Below are positions 50,380-64,000 of a stretch of 64,000 nucleotides of DNA, one piece after another. The position numbers and the translations under genes were made by a program. Every line of letters begins with the position of its first letter. The stretch's first letter is position 1. The notes under the pieces were generated by a model. That model did no database searches and was not told the origin of the DNA. It saw only the letters and a list, made by a program, of their open reading frames with translations. The DNA comes from an uncultured Solirubrobacteraceae bacterium (GTDB taxonomy: Bacteria; Actinomycetota; Thermoleophilia; Solirubrobacterales; Solirubrobacteraceae), in assembly GCA_963755475.1 (NCBI GenBank), contig CAVWJK010000003.1, positions 1,759,386-1,823,385 of the forward strand. The letters run 5' to 3'.

Positions 50380-52270
50380 ATGGAGGTACCACCGCCTCCG
50401 CTTCGTCCACGGGGTCGCGCACGATCGCCGACCTGATCCCCCGCGCCGCCGCCGCGCACGCCGAGCAGGTCGCCGTGCGCTACAAGCGCGACGGCGCCTG
50501 GCATGACGTCACCTACGCGCAGCTCGCCGACATCGTCCAGGAGATCGGCGCTCGGCCTGATCGACCTGGGCATCCAGCCGGGCGAGCGGGTCTGCATCCT
50601 CGCCAACACGCGCCCCGAGTGGTCCTACGTCGACATGGCCGCGACCTCCGCCGGCGCCGTCGTCGTGCCGATCTACCAGACCAACTCGCCCGAGGAGTGC
50701 CTGTGGGTGATCTCCGACTCCGACGCCTGCGCGATCATCTGCGAGGACGAGGAGCAGCTCGCGAAGATCGCCGCGATCCGCGAGCAGCTGCCGAACCTGC
50801 GCACGATCATCGTGATCGACCCGCCCGCCGGTGCCGACAACGGCTCGCCAGCGGCACCAGCAACGGGGCCGTCGCCAACGGATCAGCGCAGCTCCTCGCG
50901 CTCGGCGCCATCCCGCTGGAGCGGAGGTGCGCGAGCGCGGGCGCGCGCGGCCGCGCCAACGGCCGAGGAGCTCGAAGCGCGCCGCGCCGCCGTCGCGCCC
51001 GAGGATCCGTTCACGTTCATCTACACGTCCGGCACCACCGGGCCGCCCAAGGGCTGCGTGCTCACCCACGGCAACTACCGCGCGATCATCGACATGGTCG
51101 CCGAGGCTCGGCGAGATCACCGAGCGACGAGGTCACCTACCTCTACCTGCCGCTCGCGCACTCCTACGCGCTGCTCGTCCAGCTCGCCGCGTTCGACCTC
51201 GGCAGCACGCTCGCCTACTTCGGCGGCGACACCAAGCAGATCATGCCCGAGCTGATGGAGGTCAAACCGACCTACCTGCCGTCGGTGCCGCGCGTCTTCG
51301 AGAAGATCTACACGCGTCGCCCAGGGCGCGATCGAGGCGCAGTCGCCCGAGGAGCAGAGAGCGCGCGCAGCGAGGCGATCAGCCTGGGCGTGAAGGTCCG
51401 CGACATGATGAACCGCGGCGAAGCGGTGCCCGAGGAGCATGCAGAAGCCGTTCGACGAGGCCGACGAGCAGCTGTTCAAGAACGTGCGCGCGCTCTTCGG
51501 CGGGCGCGTGCGCCACGCGACCAGCGGCGCCGCGCCCGATCGCCCACGAGATCCTCGAGTTCTTCTACGCCTGCGGCGTGCCGGTGTTCGAGGGCTACGG
51601 CATGACCGAGACCGCCACCGCGGCGACGATCTCGACGCTCGAGAACCACCGCTTCGGCACCGTCGGGCGCGCGCTGCCCGGCGTCGAGCTGAAGATCGCC
51701 GACGACGGCGAGATCCTGATCAAGGGCCCGAACATCTTCGCCGGCTACCACAACCAGCGCGCCGACGCAGCTTCGGCGCGGTCGAGGACGGCTGGCTGCA
51801 CACCGGCGACCTCGGCTCGATCGACGAGGACGGCTACCTCTCGATCACCGGGCGCAAGAAGGACATCATCATCACCGCCGGCGGCAAGAACCTGACGCCG
51901 GCCAACATCGAGAACGACCTCAAGCAGTGCCGCTGGATCTCCCAGGCGGTGATGCACGGCGACCAGCGCCCCTACCCGGTCGTGCTGATCACGCTCGACG
52001 AGGAAGAGATCCCGATCTACGCGCGCGAACACGGCCTGCCCGAGGACATCCCCTCGCTCGCCCGCGAGCCCGCCGTGCGGGAGCTGATCCAGGCAGGAGA
52101 TCGACCGCGCCAACGCCAAATACGCGCAGGTCGAGCAGGTCAAGAAGTTCGCGATCCTCGACCACGACCTCTCCCAGGCCACCGGCGAGCTGACGCCCAC
52201 GCTGAAGGTCAAGCGCAACGTCGTCAACGAGAAGTACGCCGACATGTTCGACGCGCTCTACGCCGGCTGA
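50380..52270 (+). CDS. Long-chain fatty acid-CoA ligase, frameshifted
   Basis: [34 protein letters not shown]. Confidence 0.92.
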
Positions 52271-52309
52271 GCGCGCAGCTCGGCGCCATAGCTGCGAACA
52301 TAGGGACAG

Positions 52310-52791
52310 ATGCGCAGCGACCCATCCGACAACGGCGGGCTGTTCGTCGGGCGCCGGCCCGGCACCGCGCCGGTCCACTTCCGCACGCTGCCCGAGCGCG
52401 GCAGCGAGCTGCGCCAGCGCATCGACGGCTCGCTCGCCGGCATCCTGCTCGCGGCGATGATGTTCCTCAGCCTGCTCTGCTGGGGGCCGATCCCGCTCGC
52501 CTGCCTGTGGATCGGCTCGCAGGCGAACTACCTCTCGGGCAGCGTCAGCGTCGGCATCCTCGTCTCGTTCGTCGCGCTGTTCGCGCTGCTGTTCGGCGCG
52601 CTCGCGCTGATGCGCCGCCTCGACAACGCGTGGATCCTCGTGCGCCGCGCCGCCGGCCACGACCAGCGCACGGGCGTGCTCGGGCGCGATCTTCGCGATC
52701 ACCGCCGCGTCTGCGCGCTGGCGTTCGCGTTCTGGTTCCTCGTCATCCACGGACCCGGCACCAGCCTCGTCTCCGGCGGCGGCGGCGGTGA
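52310..52791 (+). CDS. Membrane protein (about 3 TM), frameshifted near the end
   Basis: Hydrophobic helices; [15 protein letters not shown]. Confidence 0.65.
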
Positions 52792-52860
52792 GCGCCGCGC
52801 ACGGCGCCCGCGCGCCCGCGCGGCAGCCGCGCCGCGATCGCTGCTAGAACGAGCCATAGC

Positions 52861-53974
52861 GTGGGCCTGCTCGACTACTACCGCCAGTTCGAAGGGATGT
52901 CCGAGGAGGAGGTCAACGCCGGGCCTGCGCGAGGAGGCGGCCGAGCGCAGGCGCAAAGCGCTCACGCGCGTGGAGACGCTCGACCTCTCCCAGACGACCT
53001 GGCCCGAGCTGCCCCACCCGCGCATCGTCAACGCGATCACCTTCGTCGCCCGGCGCGGCCTGCACCGCTACCCGCACCTGCAGCGGCTCCGACGCTGCGC
53101 AACGAGCTGGCCGAGCGCCACGGCGTCGAGCCCGACCGCCTGATCCTCGGCAACGGCGCCGCCGAGCTGCTCAGCGCGGCCACCCGCGCGCTGATCGAGC
53201 CCGGCCAGCAGCTGCTGACCCCCTGGCCCTCCTACCCGCTGTATCCGATCATGGCCCGCCGCGCCCACGGCCGCGCGGTGCGCGTCACGCGGCGGCGTGG
53301 ACGCGCTGCTCGAGGCCGCCGCAGCGAGCCGACGTGCGCGTGATCGCGCTGGCCAGCCCCAACGACCCCACCGGCGAGCTGCTGCGCCGCCGAGCGAGCT
53401 GCGAGCGCCTGCTCGAGGGGCTGCCCGACGGCGTCGCGGTGCTGCTCGACGAGTCGCTCGTCGAGTTCGCCGACGCCCAGCCCAGCAACGCCTCGCTGGA
53501 GCTGCTCGAGGATCACCCGCGCCTGCTCGTCTTCCGCAGCTTCTCCAAGGCCTGGGGGCTGGCCGGCCTGCGCATCGGCTACGCGATCGGCGGTCCCGGC
53601 TCGGGCGAGCTGCTCGCCGAGCTCGAGCCCGACCTCGGCGTCTCCGAGGTCTCCCAGGCGGGCGCGCTGGAGGCGCTGCGCAGCTGCTCGGAGCTGATCG
53701 AGCAGCGCGTGCGCGACGATCTGCGCAGGAGCGCCCGCGCCTGACCGCCGCGCTGCGCGAGCGCGGCTTCGAGGTCAGCCGACAGCCAGGCCAACTTCCT
53801 GTGGGCCGCCCACCCCACGCTCGCCGGCGCCGAGCTGGCCGCGCGCCTGGCGCGGGCGGGCGTGCTCGTGGCCGCCGGCGACGCGCTCGGCGAGCCGCGC
53901 CACGTGCGCATCGCGCTGCACTCGCGCCAGCGCCTCCGAACGGCTGCTCGGCGCGATCGACAAGATCGCTGTAA
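52861..53974 (+). CDS. Class I/II aminotransferase (HisC-like), frameshifted
   Basis: GNGAAELL, SPNDPTG, RSFSKAWGLAGLRIGY. Confidence 0.85.
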
Positions 53975-53995
53975 GTCAGCTATAGGGCGTCAGCC

Positions 53996-55327
53996 CTAGC
54001 GCCGCTCGAGCCCGGCCTGGCGCAGCAGCGCGCCGGTGGTGCCCTCGAGGATCTTGCGCCAGGCGCTCACCGCCTCGTGCTGCTCCTCGTCGAAGTGCTC
54101 GACCACCTGGCGCACCCGCTTGGCCGAGATCTCGATGCCGTGGCGCTCGGCGACCTCGCGGTAGCGGTCGTATTCGCCGGCCAGCTGCTTGGTCACCGAC
54201 TCGAAGCCGTGGCGGGCGATCTCGACGCGCGAGGTGAAGCTCATCATCGAGGTCTGGAACATCAGCTCGTCGGTCGGCTCGGGCTCGATCAGCACGATGT
54301 CCACGCCCGGGTAGCGCTCCTCCCAGCCCTTGGCCAGTTCGTGCAGGCGCTGGTGGGCGACCAGCTTGAACACCTGGTAGCCGATCTGCGCGAAGCCCAT
54401 GTCCGAGACGCGCCGCGGCGCGCGTGCCGCGCAGCGTCTTGACGCGTGCCCGAGAAGTCGTTGATGAACGGCACGATCGGGTTGATCACCACGACGAGCT
54501 TCGCGCCCGCCTCGACCGCGAGGTCGAGGTTGGTCGTCGACACGATCCCGCCGTCGATCAGCTCGCGGTCGTTGACGCGCACGGGCGCGTAGACCATCGG
54601 CAGCGCGCCCGACGCGCGCACGGCGGTCGAGATCGGCACGTCGTCTGCGCCCTCGACGCCGAACACCACCCGCTCGCAGCGTGTCGAGGTCGGTCGCCGT
54701 CAGGTACAGCTCGCAGGCGAGCTCGCGGAAGTCGTCGGTGCGACCCGGCTCGCTGAGCACTTCGTGCAGGTAGCGTCTCGATGCCGGCGCCCGTGTACAT
54801 GCCCGACGGCAGGCCCTCGGCGAGCCCCAGCACCACGTCCATCAGCGACACGCCGCCCGGCTGGGCAGATCACCTGGCGGGCGAGCGACAGCGCGCGCAG
54901 CGGCATCAGCGCGCCCTTGCGCGCGAACTCCACCAGGTTCGGGCGCAGCAGGTCGCCGATGTCGATGTCTTTGAACGGCGGCTGTGCCCTGGCGCGTGAC
55001 GACCCGCATCATCTCCTCGGGCGTCACGCCGTTGGCGCACAGCGCCGCGATGAACGACCCCGCCGAGGTGCCCACGTAGACGTCGAAGTTGTTGACCGTG
55101 CTGTTGACCGCCAGCAGGTCGAGCGCGCGCAGCGCGCCGATCTCATACACGCCGCCGGTGAAGCCGCCGCCGCCCGAGCACCAGCGCGGTCTTGTCGCGC
55201 CGCGGCCGGCGCCGGCGGTCGACCGATGCCGGCCGCCCGACCCCGCGCGGCAGCCAACCGGCCGGCGCGTCCTTGCCTTGGCCGCCTTGGCCTTGCGTGC
55301 CGGTTCCAGCTTGACAACCTTGCCCAT
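53996..55327 (-). CDS. Patatin-like phospholipase, frameshifted
   Basis: GGGFTGG, GTSAG, DGG. Confidence 0.88.
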
Positions 55328-55348
55328 GCACGAAACATTCTAGGCCGC

Positions 55349-56624
55349 GTGCGTCCGGCACCTGCCCTGCAAAGCTGCTGATTCTGCTCTGCGGACTCTC
55401 GTTGCTTGCGGCGTGCTGGCGCCGCCGGCGGCCAGCGCGCAGCGACGGCGCTGGCCGCTCTGCAGGGCGACCTCAGCCACCAGCTGGCGCTGGCCGGACC
55501 GGCCGACGGCGCCTACGTCTACGACCTGACCGCCAAACAGGCGCTGTTCTCCGAGCGCGCCAGCGCACTGCGCCCGCCGGCGTCGGTGGAGAAGCTCTAC
55601 ACGGCCACCACCGCGCTCGAGCGCATGGGCGCTGACCGCGCGCCTGTCCACGACCGTCTTCGGCGTCGGGCACCTGGCGCCCGGCGGCGTGTGGGAAGGC
55701 AGCCTGTACCTGCGCGGCGGCGGCGACCCCACGTTCGGCTCGCAGCGCGTTCATCCACAGCCACTACGGCGGCAGTCGGCGCGAGCGTCTCCACGCTCGT
55801 CGCCCAGCTGGTGCACAGCCGACGGCATCCACCGCATCACCGGGTCGATCTACGGCGACGAGTCCTACTTCGACTCGCTGCGCGGCGAGCCCTCCAGCGA
55901 CTACGCGCCCGACCCGTTCCTGGAAGGCACGCTCAGCGCGCTCGCCTTCAACCGCGGCGAAGACGGCACGGAACGAGGTCCCCACGCGCCCGCCGCCTAC
56001 GCCGCGCACGAGCTGTGGGCCGCGCTCAAGAACGACGGCGTGCAGCATCGACGGCTCCCAGCGGCGCCGCCACCACGCCGCGCCGGCGCCGTGCAGCTCG
56101 CGCAGGTGCACTCGCCCACCATCGCGCAGCTGCTCGGCCTGATGCTGCCGCCGTCTGACAACTTCTTCGCCGAGACGCTCGTCAAGGACCTGGGCGCGCG
56201 CTTCGGCGGCGCCGGCACGACCGCCGCCGGGCGCAGCCGTGGTCGCCAGACGATCTCCGCGCTGCTCGGCATCCACCCGCACGTGGTCGACGGCTCGGGC
56301 CTGTCGGAAGCCGACCAGACCTCTCCCTACCAGGTCGCCGACCTGCTCGTCGAGCTCGCGCCCACGCCGATCGGCGCGGTGCTGCGCGAACACCTCGCCG
56401 TCGCCGGACGCACCGGCACGCTGCGAATGCGCATGCGCCACACCGGCGCCGCCGGGCGCTGCCAGGGCAAGACCGGCACGCTCACCGGCGTCTCCAACCT
56501 CGTCGGCTACTGCCAGGCCGCCAACGGGCACCTGCTCGCGTTCGCGATCTTCACCGACGGCATCGCCACCGAAACCGCGCACATCTTCCAGGACCACATG
56601 GCGATCACGGTCGCCGACTACTGA
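55349..56624 (+). CDS. dacB: D-Ala-D-Ala carboxypeptidase/endopeptidase (PBP4, family S13), frameshifted
   Basis: PASVEKL (SxxK), GGGDPT, SDN, DGSGLS, KTGTL. Confidence 0.88.
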
Positions 56625-56686
56625 ACGGGGCGCCGGGGGCCGCCCGACTCGGCGCGCCGCTGCGCCCTGTTGGCGGCCGGGCGGCT

Positions 56687-58330
56687 CTATTTGCGCTTGA
56701 CGCGCGCCTGCGCCAGCAGGACCGGCTGCCGGAGCTGACTGCCGCCCTGCACCGACACCACCAGCGCGACCGACAGCTCGTGATGCCTGGTCGCGTCGAG
56801 CCTGTGCTTGCCCGATTTGCTCAGGTGGACCAGCAGCAGCCGTGTCTGTCCGGCGGCCAGCGTGTAGGAGGCCTGACCGAGCACGATCGTCAGCTTGCGC
56901 GTGATCGTCCTGTGGCCCCTGTGGTGCTTGGTCACGATCTGCAGGACCAGCTCGATCGTGCCCGTGCAAGTGGCCGTGTTGCAGTGAATCGGCACCCGCG
57001 CCACGTCGCCCGTGACGATCACCTTCGCCGATGCCAGCGCCACCGAGGGCACCGGCGGGGGTGGCGGCGGCGGCGGGAGAGGGACGCTCAACGTGTTGCT
57101 CTTGGCAGACGAGTGGCCCTTGGAGTTGGTCGCCGTGACTTCGCACGCCACGCCGTGGCCCTGATCGGCCGACTGGACCGTGTAGCTGCTCCCCGTCGCC
57201 CCTTCGATCGTGCTGCCGTCGCGCAGCCACTTGTAGGCGTAGCTGATTGGCAAAGCGCCTGACCAGGAGCCGTTGGAGCAGGACAACGTCTGACCAACCG
57301 CGGGGGTGCCCGAGGCCGACGGCGCGCTCGTGTCGTTGGGCGCTTCCGGCACCAGCGAGACGTCTATGCCCGACGTCGTCGCGCCCTGCACCACAGACAC
57401 GCCGTTGTCGGGCTGTTCGATGTAGGAGGTGCCGAACGGACCGGAGAACGTGAGGTTGTAGGAGCCCGTCGCCAGGCCCTCGATCGTAAATTCGCCGTTG
57501 CTGTTCGTTTCGGCGAATCCTTCGAACAGAGCGAAGCCTTCGGCGTCCGCCGCCACCACCGCCGCGCCTGCGATCGGGTTGTGCGTCACAGAGTCCGTCA
57601 CCCGGCCGCTGATCTCACCACCAGCCTGCAGCGTGACGTTTTCGGTCTTGGTTTCTTCGACATTGATCGAGATGGGCGTGGCCTGCACGAACGAACGCTT
57701 GTTCGCGTAATACTGCGACACGAGGTCCGATTCGGCGGGGGCGATGATCAGGAGCTTGTAGGAACCCGTCGCCAGCCGGTTGATGATGTATTCGCCGCTG
57801 GCGCCGGTTTCCGCGCTACCAACGAAGCCTTCGAATTCACCCGGCCCGCTGTATGCGAAGACCGTTGCTCCCTTCACCGGCTGCCCGTCTGGATTCGTGA
57901 CTTCGCCCCTGATCGTGCCACCTATGCGTAGCGCGGCGTCGACGTTTTTCTTGGCTTCCCCTTCGCTTGCGATCACAAGTTCCTCGGCTGCCGTGAACGA
58001 CGACTGGCCTTCCCAGTACTGGAAGGCGAAGTTCACGCTGCCGTCGGGCTCTGAGAACTTGACCTTGTACGTGCCCGGCGCTAGGCCGGAGACGGTGTAT
58101 TCGCCGTTGGCGAGTGTTGCCGAGAAACCGGCCTCGTCGAGTTCGCTCCCGGCTTCAAGCACTGTCACTTCGATGTTGTCCACCGGGTTTTTCGCGCCCG
58201 ACGCTTCCGTCACCTTGCCCGAGATCGAGCTCGTCCCACCGAAAGCCCCGGCGACCGGCGCGAGCGCAAGTGAGGCCGCGCACGCGATCAGCGCGGCGAT
58301 CCCCAGCAGGGCTCCACCTCCAGCTCTCAT
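56687..58330 (-). CDS. Secreted protein with three carboxypeptidase-regulatory-like repeats and an Ig-like domain
   Basis: Signal peptide; ISGxVT...GEYTxxGLxxGxY three times; GTPAVGQTLSCSNGSW; poly-Pro linker. Confidence 0.82.
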   Translation of the reverse strand: MRAGGGALLGIAALIACAASLALAPVAGAFGGTSSISGKVTEASGAKNPVDNIEVTVLEAGSELDEAGFSATLANGEYTVSGLAPGTYKVKFSEPDGSVNFAFQYWEGQSSFTAAEELVIASEGEAKKNVDAALRIGGTIRGEVTNPDGQPVKGATVFAYSGPGEFEGFVGSAETGASGEYIINRLATGSYKLLIIAPAESDLVSQYYANKRSFVQATPISINVEETKTENVTLQAGGEISGRVTDSVTHNPIAGAAVVAADAEGFALFEGFAETNSNGEFTIEGLATGSYNLTFSGPFGTSYIEQPDNGVSVVQGATTSGIDVSLVPEAPNDTSAPSASGTPAVGQTLSCSNGSWSGALPISYAYKWLRDGSTIEGATGSSYTVQSADQGHGVACEVTATNSKGHSSAKSNTLSVPLPPPPPPPPVPSVALASAKVIVTGDVARVPIHCNTATCTGTIELVLQIVTKHHRGHRTITRKLTIVLGQASYTLAAGQTRLLLVHLSKSGKHRLDATRHHELSVALVVSVQGGSQLRQPVLLAQARVKRK

Positions 58331-58342
58331 CCGCCGCGCATG

Positions 58343-60420
<2,078 letters not shown>

Positions 60421-60424
<4 letters not shown>

Positions 60425-61249
60425 GGCGCTCGCGTCGTGCGCGAGCGGCGTCCAGCAGGCCGCTCCAGGTCGAAGCGCCGCAGCGCCTCCAGGCTCGGGC
60501 GGTCGGTGAGGTCGAAGTGGATCGGCGTGACCGCGATCCGCCCGGCGGCCACCGCCGCCAGGTCGGTGCCCGGCTCGTCGTGGAAGCCCGGGTCGGAGCC
60601 GTAGATCCAGTAGCGCCGCCGGTGCTCCTCCTCGCGCTCGAGCTTGAGCTCGTCGCGGTAGATGCGCTTGCCGAGGCTCGTCACCTCCACCCCGCTCGGG
60701 CTCGCCGCGGGCACGTTGACGTTCAGCAGCGTCCGCGCCGGCAGCGGCACGTCCTCGATCCGCTCCACCAGCCGCGCCACGAAGCGCGGCCGCCACCTCG
60801 AAGCCGAAGCCGCCGTCGAAGCGGTAGTCGAGCGCGCCCGCGCGCGACTGCTGGGAGACCGCGATCGCCGGCAGCCCCAGCACGACGCCCTCCAGCGCCG
60901 CCGCGACGGTGCCCGAGTAGGTGATGTCGTCGCCGAGGTTGGCGCCGTGGTTGATGCCCGCCACGACCAGGTCGGCCGCGAAGCCCTCGATCAGCCCGAG
61001 GCTCGCCAGGCGCACGCAGTCGACCGGCGTGCCGTCGGTCGCATAGCCGATCGTGCCGTCGGAGAACGGCGACCTCCTGCGACCCACAGCGGCCTGCGCG
61101 TGGTGATCGAGCGCGCCATCGCCGAGCGGTTGCCGTCGGGCGCGATCACCGCCAGGCGCACGCCGTCGATCTGCCAGCAGCGCGCGGCGCATCGCCTGCA
61201 GGCCCTCGGCCTCGATCCCGTCGTCGTTTGTGAGCAGCACGTTGAGCAT
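60421..61249 (-). CDS. surE: 5'/3'-nucleotidase SurE, frameshifted
   Basis: LLTNDDGI, DGTPVDCV, GINHGANLGDDITYSGTVAAA, VTPIHFDLT. Confidence 0.93.
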
Positions 61250-61351
61250 GGCTTCGCTGGTCCAGCATAGGGGCCTGCGCGGGTGCCTCCGGTCATCAAG
61301 GCGTGATTCCAGTGGCCGGGATTCCGTCGCTGCAGATATTCTCCCGCGGCG

Positions 61352-63235
61352 ATGGAAGCGCGCCTGCAAAGTAGGTGGGGTCATTGGTGCCTGCGCGCGT
61401 GCGCAGCCGCGGTGCTTGCGCTCTCTCTGAGCATGGGTTACGCGCTGCCCGTTACCGCTGACGCCGCCCTCCCTGTGCCGACCCCCGCGAACCTCGCTGC
61501 TACCCATGCCTATTTCCTCGCCATGAGCACCTTCGAGGAAGCGCAGCTGGCCACCCTGGCCCAGGACACCGTGGCCATGGAAGCCGCTGCCGCGCAAGTC
61601 TCCGGTGAATGCCCCGGCATCCTCACCGACGCACCGCCCCATGAACGCGTGTTTGGCTTCGGGCTCGTTGGGCCGGCGTCGCAGGCCGCGCCGAACGCAA
61701 GAGCGGAAGGCGAAAGGAGCAGGCAGTCTCGGCAGCTTGGCGACCTCAAGCTCGAGCTGTTCCTCGCGCTGGCCGGTTCCCGTACGCAAGGAGACCGCGA
61801 AGCGACGATCGCGCTGATCCACGCGCTCACGCCGTTGAGGTGGAGCAGTCCCCAGATCACGTTCCTCGTGCATCTGACCCTCGAAAGTCTCCAGGAAGAA
61901 CTCGACCTCCCCATGCCGCCCGCGTGCGCTGACATGAGGGCGTGGGTGGCGAGCGGCTACAAGACGCTGTCCCCCGCATCCAAGGAACTCGCGAACCGCA
62001 CCGAAGCGCTTCTAAGGCGATCATTCGAGCTCGTGGCGGTGGCCACGCAGACCCCCATCCAGCCCCTCCCCAAGGCTCTTGCTCCGTACGAGAATGCTGC
62101 CGACAAGAAGCTCGCCCGCCACACGGAAGTGCTGGCCGCACAGCTGCGCAAGGAGAATGCGCAGGCTGAGATCCTGAAGCGCCTGGAAAGCACGATCGGC
62201 CTGCCCGCCGAAAAACCTTCGAAGATCAAACGACCAGCGAGGAAGCCTGTCGTGGTCGCCCGCCGCAGGACCGCTGCCGGCGGGAGCTTCGTGGCAAAGG
62301 CCGAACGGTCCTCGCACGCTCCTCACGGGGTCTGCAGTGCCTTCGTCACGATCGAAGAACCCTCCCGCCCGCACGCAGGCCTGCCGGAAACCCTTTCCGG
62401 CGAAGGCACCGACAGATGCCTCTCGCGGTCCCACGTCCAACCGAACCTGGCAGTGCACTGCAATGCTGGACTGCTCACCATCGAGGCCAACCTGCTGCCA
62501 ACCACGCGCAGTGTACGCCTGCTGCTGAGCGACGGTCACGCGATCACCTCGCCGGCCATCCGCGTATCAGCTCGGCTGGGCGGACCGGCCGGCCTCTACT
62601 ACCAAGTTGTGCGCGGGCCCTCGCCGATACCGGTGTCGCTGACCGAGCTCGACGCTCAGGACCGCACGTTGACCGTGCTCAAGCTCCCAGCTGTGGTCGA
62701 ATGCACACAGCATCCCGTCAAATACTTGCCCGGAGGCCTCGTAACCCTGGCCCACGAAAGCCTTCCGCAGGGACCGTCGTTCACCATCCAAGGGGAACGC
62801 TACCGCAAGCTCGGTGCCGTCCATTTCGAACTCAAGCTCAAAGTCGGCGACGAAGAAGAGCTGTACGGCAACGGCGGCGGGGGGCTCGTCGAACTCAGAG
62901 TCGAAGAAGGCGCCAGCGCACGCAGCAGACGCGTATTCGAACCGAAGACATCCAGCGGCTGTCAGCCCCAGCCCTACGTGATCATCTACGGCCTGCTGAA
63001 GGCGCCGCGCGACACGGTGTTTGTCCGGGTCTCCGGCACGCTGGTCCCGCTGCGCACGGTGACCATCCCCGCGCGCCTACATGCGGACGGTACGCTCACC
63101 TACGGAGCCTTCTCGCCCATCCCGACCGAACTGCTGATCCGCGACGAGGACGGCAAGACCGTTTCCCGGCAGGATCTCGGCGAAGCGGCGAAGTCCAACA
63201 CCGAAACCTGTGAAGGGGAAGCCGAAGGCTCGTGA
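61352..63235 (+). CDS. Secreted hypothetical protein (627 aa)
   Basis: Signal peptide; helical N-terminal domain; beta-rich C-terminal half. Confidence 0.75.
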   Translation: MEARLQSRWGHWCLRACAAAVLALSLSMGYALPVTADAALPVPTPANLAATHAYFLAMSTFEEAQLATLAQDTVAMEAAAAQVSGECPGILTDAPPHERVFGFGLVGPASQAAPNARAEGERSRQSRQLGDLKLELFLALAGSRTQGDREATIALIHALTPLRWSSPQITFLVHLTLESLQEELDLPMPPACADMRAWVASGYKTLSPASKELANRTEALLRRSFELVAVATQTPIQPLPKALAPYENAADKKLARHTEVLAAQLRKENAQAEILKRLESTIGLPAEKPSKIKRPARKPVVVARRRTAAGGSFVAKAERSSHAPHGVCSAFVTIEEPSRPHAGLPETLSGEGTDRCLSRSHVQPNLAVHCNAGLLTIEANLLPTTRSVRLLLSDGHAITSPAIRVSARLGGPAGLYYQVVRGPSPIPVSLTELDAQDRTLTVLKLPAVVECTQHPVKYLPGGLVTLAHESLPQGPSFTIQGERYRKLGAVHFELKLKVGDEEELYGNGGGGLVELRVEEGASARSRRVFEPKTSSGCQPQPYVIIYGLLKAPRDTVFVRVSGTLVPLRTVTIPARLHADGTLTYGAFSPIPTELLIRDEDGKTVSRQDLGEAAKSNTETCEGEAEGS

Positions 63236-64000
63236 CGACGCAAACGCGACCCAGCCATGCTCTCTCAGGGCGGAGACGGAGAGCCTGCGCTGCACTCGCG
63301 GCGCTGGCTTTGCTTGTGCGATCCCCCCGGCGGCAATCTCGGCAACACCCAAGGACGCCGCCGCCACACACGCCTATGTAACGGCCGTCTACCAGTACGA
63401 CCAGACCTTGTTGAACAACGTGCCCGCGTCGCTCGCCGCGGCCAAGGGCCTCGCGTCGAGCCTCGCCCATGAATGCAGCGGCGTGCTGAGCAATGTACCC
63501 ACAATCGCCAATTCGGCCTCCCCTACAGGCGAAGGCCTCTTTAGAGAGACCTCTCAGGCAAGCAAGCTCGTGAGCGAGGCCACCTACGCGATCACCGCCG
63601 CCACAGCTCAACCTGACCGCGAAGCTTTCGCGGGGTTCGCCAACGCCGTATCGCCCCTGCAGTGGAGCAATGCGACCGTCACCGAAGCGGTTCGGCGGCG
63701 CATCGTCGCTGTGCAGGAATTCTTCGACGCGGCCCCTCCGAATGCCTGTGCCGACATGCACGCATGGGTGGGCGACGGGTCGCGCACCCTCCCGAGCGGC
63801 ACCCAGGAATTCCTCAGCAGGCGTGCCGCAATGCGCGAGCGTCCCACGGAGCAGGCCGAAGGCCGAACGATCGAACTGCTCCTCGCCCCCTACGAGAGCG
63901 CGAGCGACACCACGCTTGTCAAGCGCGCCCACGCGCTTGTCGAAAAGACGCAGGCTGAGCTGACGGCGTCGTTGCAGGGAATAGTCGAACGCCTGCGCGT
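63232..64000 (+). CDS. Secreted paralog of the 61352 N-terminal domain (frameshift near 63320; runs off the window)
   Basis: AATHAY, ECSGVL, PLQWS, CADMHAWV and LAPYE match the upstream protein in order. Confidence 0.75.

Overview
This is a high-GC bacterial window. Two F420-dependent DDN reductases, a SigK-like sigma factor and apparently leaderless starts point to Actinomycetota, possibly Thermoleophilia (inference). It has three parts. (1) 1-25.8 kb is metabolic and regulatory: ECF sigma, two-component pair, ferritin-like protein, lipase, AbiEi/AbiEii, GMC oxidase, desaturase, an ufaD/ufaO/ufaM-like lipid cluster, beta-PGM/GH65, MazF pair and TetR-MFS. (2) About 25.8-49.3 kb is an accessory region downstream of a minus-strand tRNA-Pro(CGG) at 49249-49322. 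(3) 49.4-64 kb is mostly core genes: Nif3, acyl-CoA ligase, aminotransferase, patatin, dacB, ligA and surE. The main finding is that the tRNA 3' end (ATCGGGGCG on +) recurs in the same orientation at 29443, 30478, 35051, 38149, 39912 and 44748. Each copy has conserved flanking arms, three of them with short repeats at 11/22-bp spacing. This divides about 20 kb into six tandem modules. Five have no integrase and carry TA, defence or unknown cargo (PIN, RelE-like, TIR-like, AbiEi plus AbiEii-WYL, GmrSD). The tRNA-proximal module is a 4.5-kb element with an integrase and a HUH Rep. Many conserved genes, including ligA, contain dense frameshifts that are most likely sequence errors, so their boundaries are approximate. 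All protein calls are by motif recognition; no database search was run.
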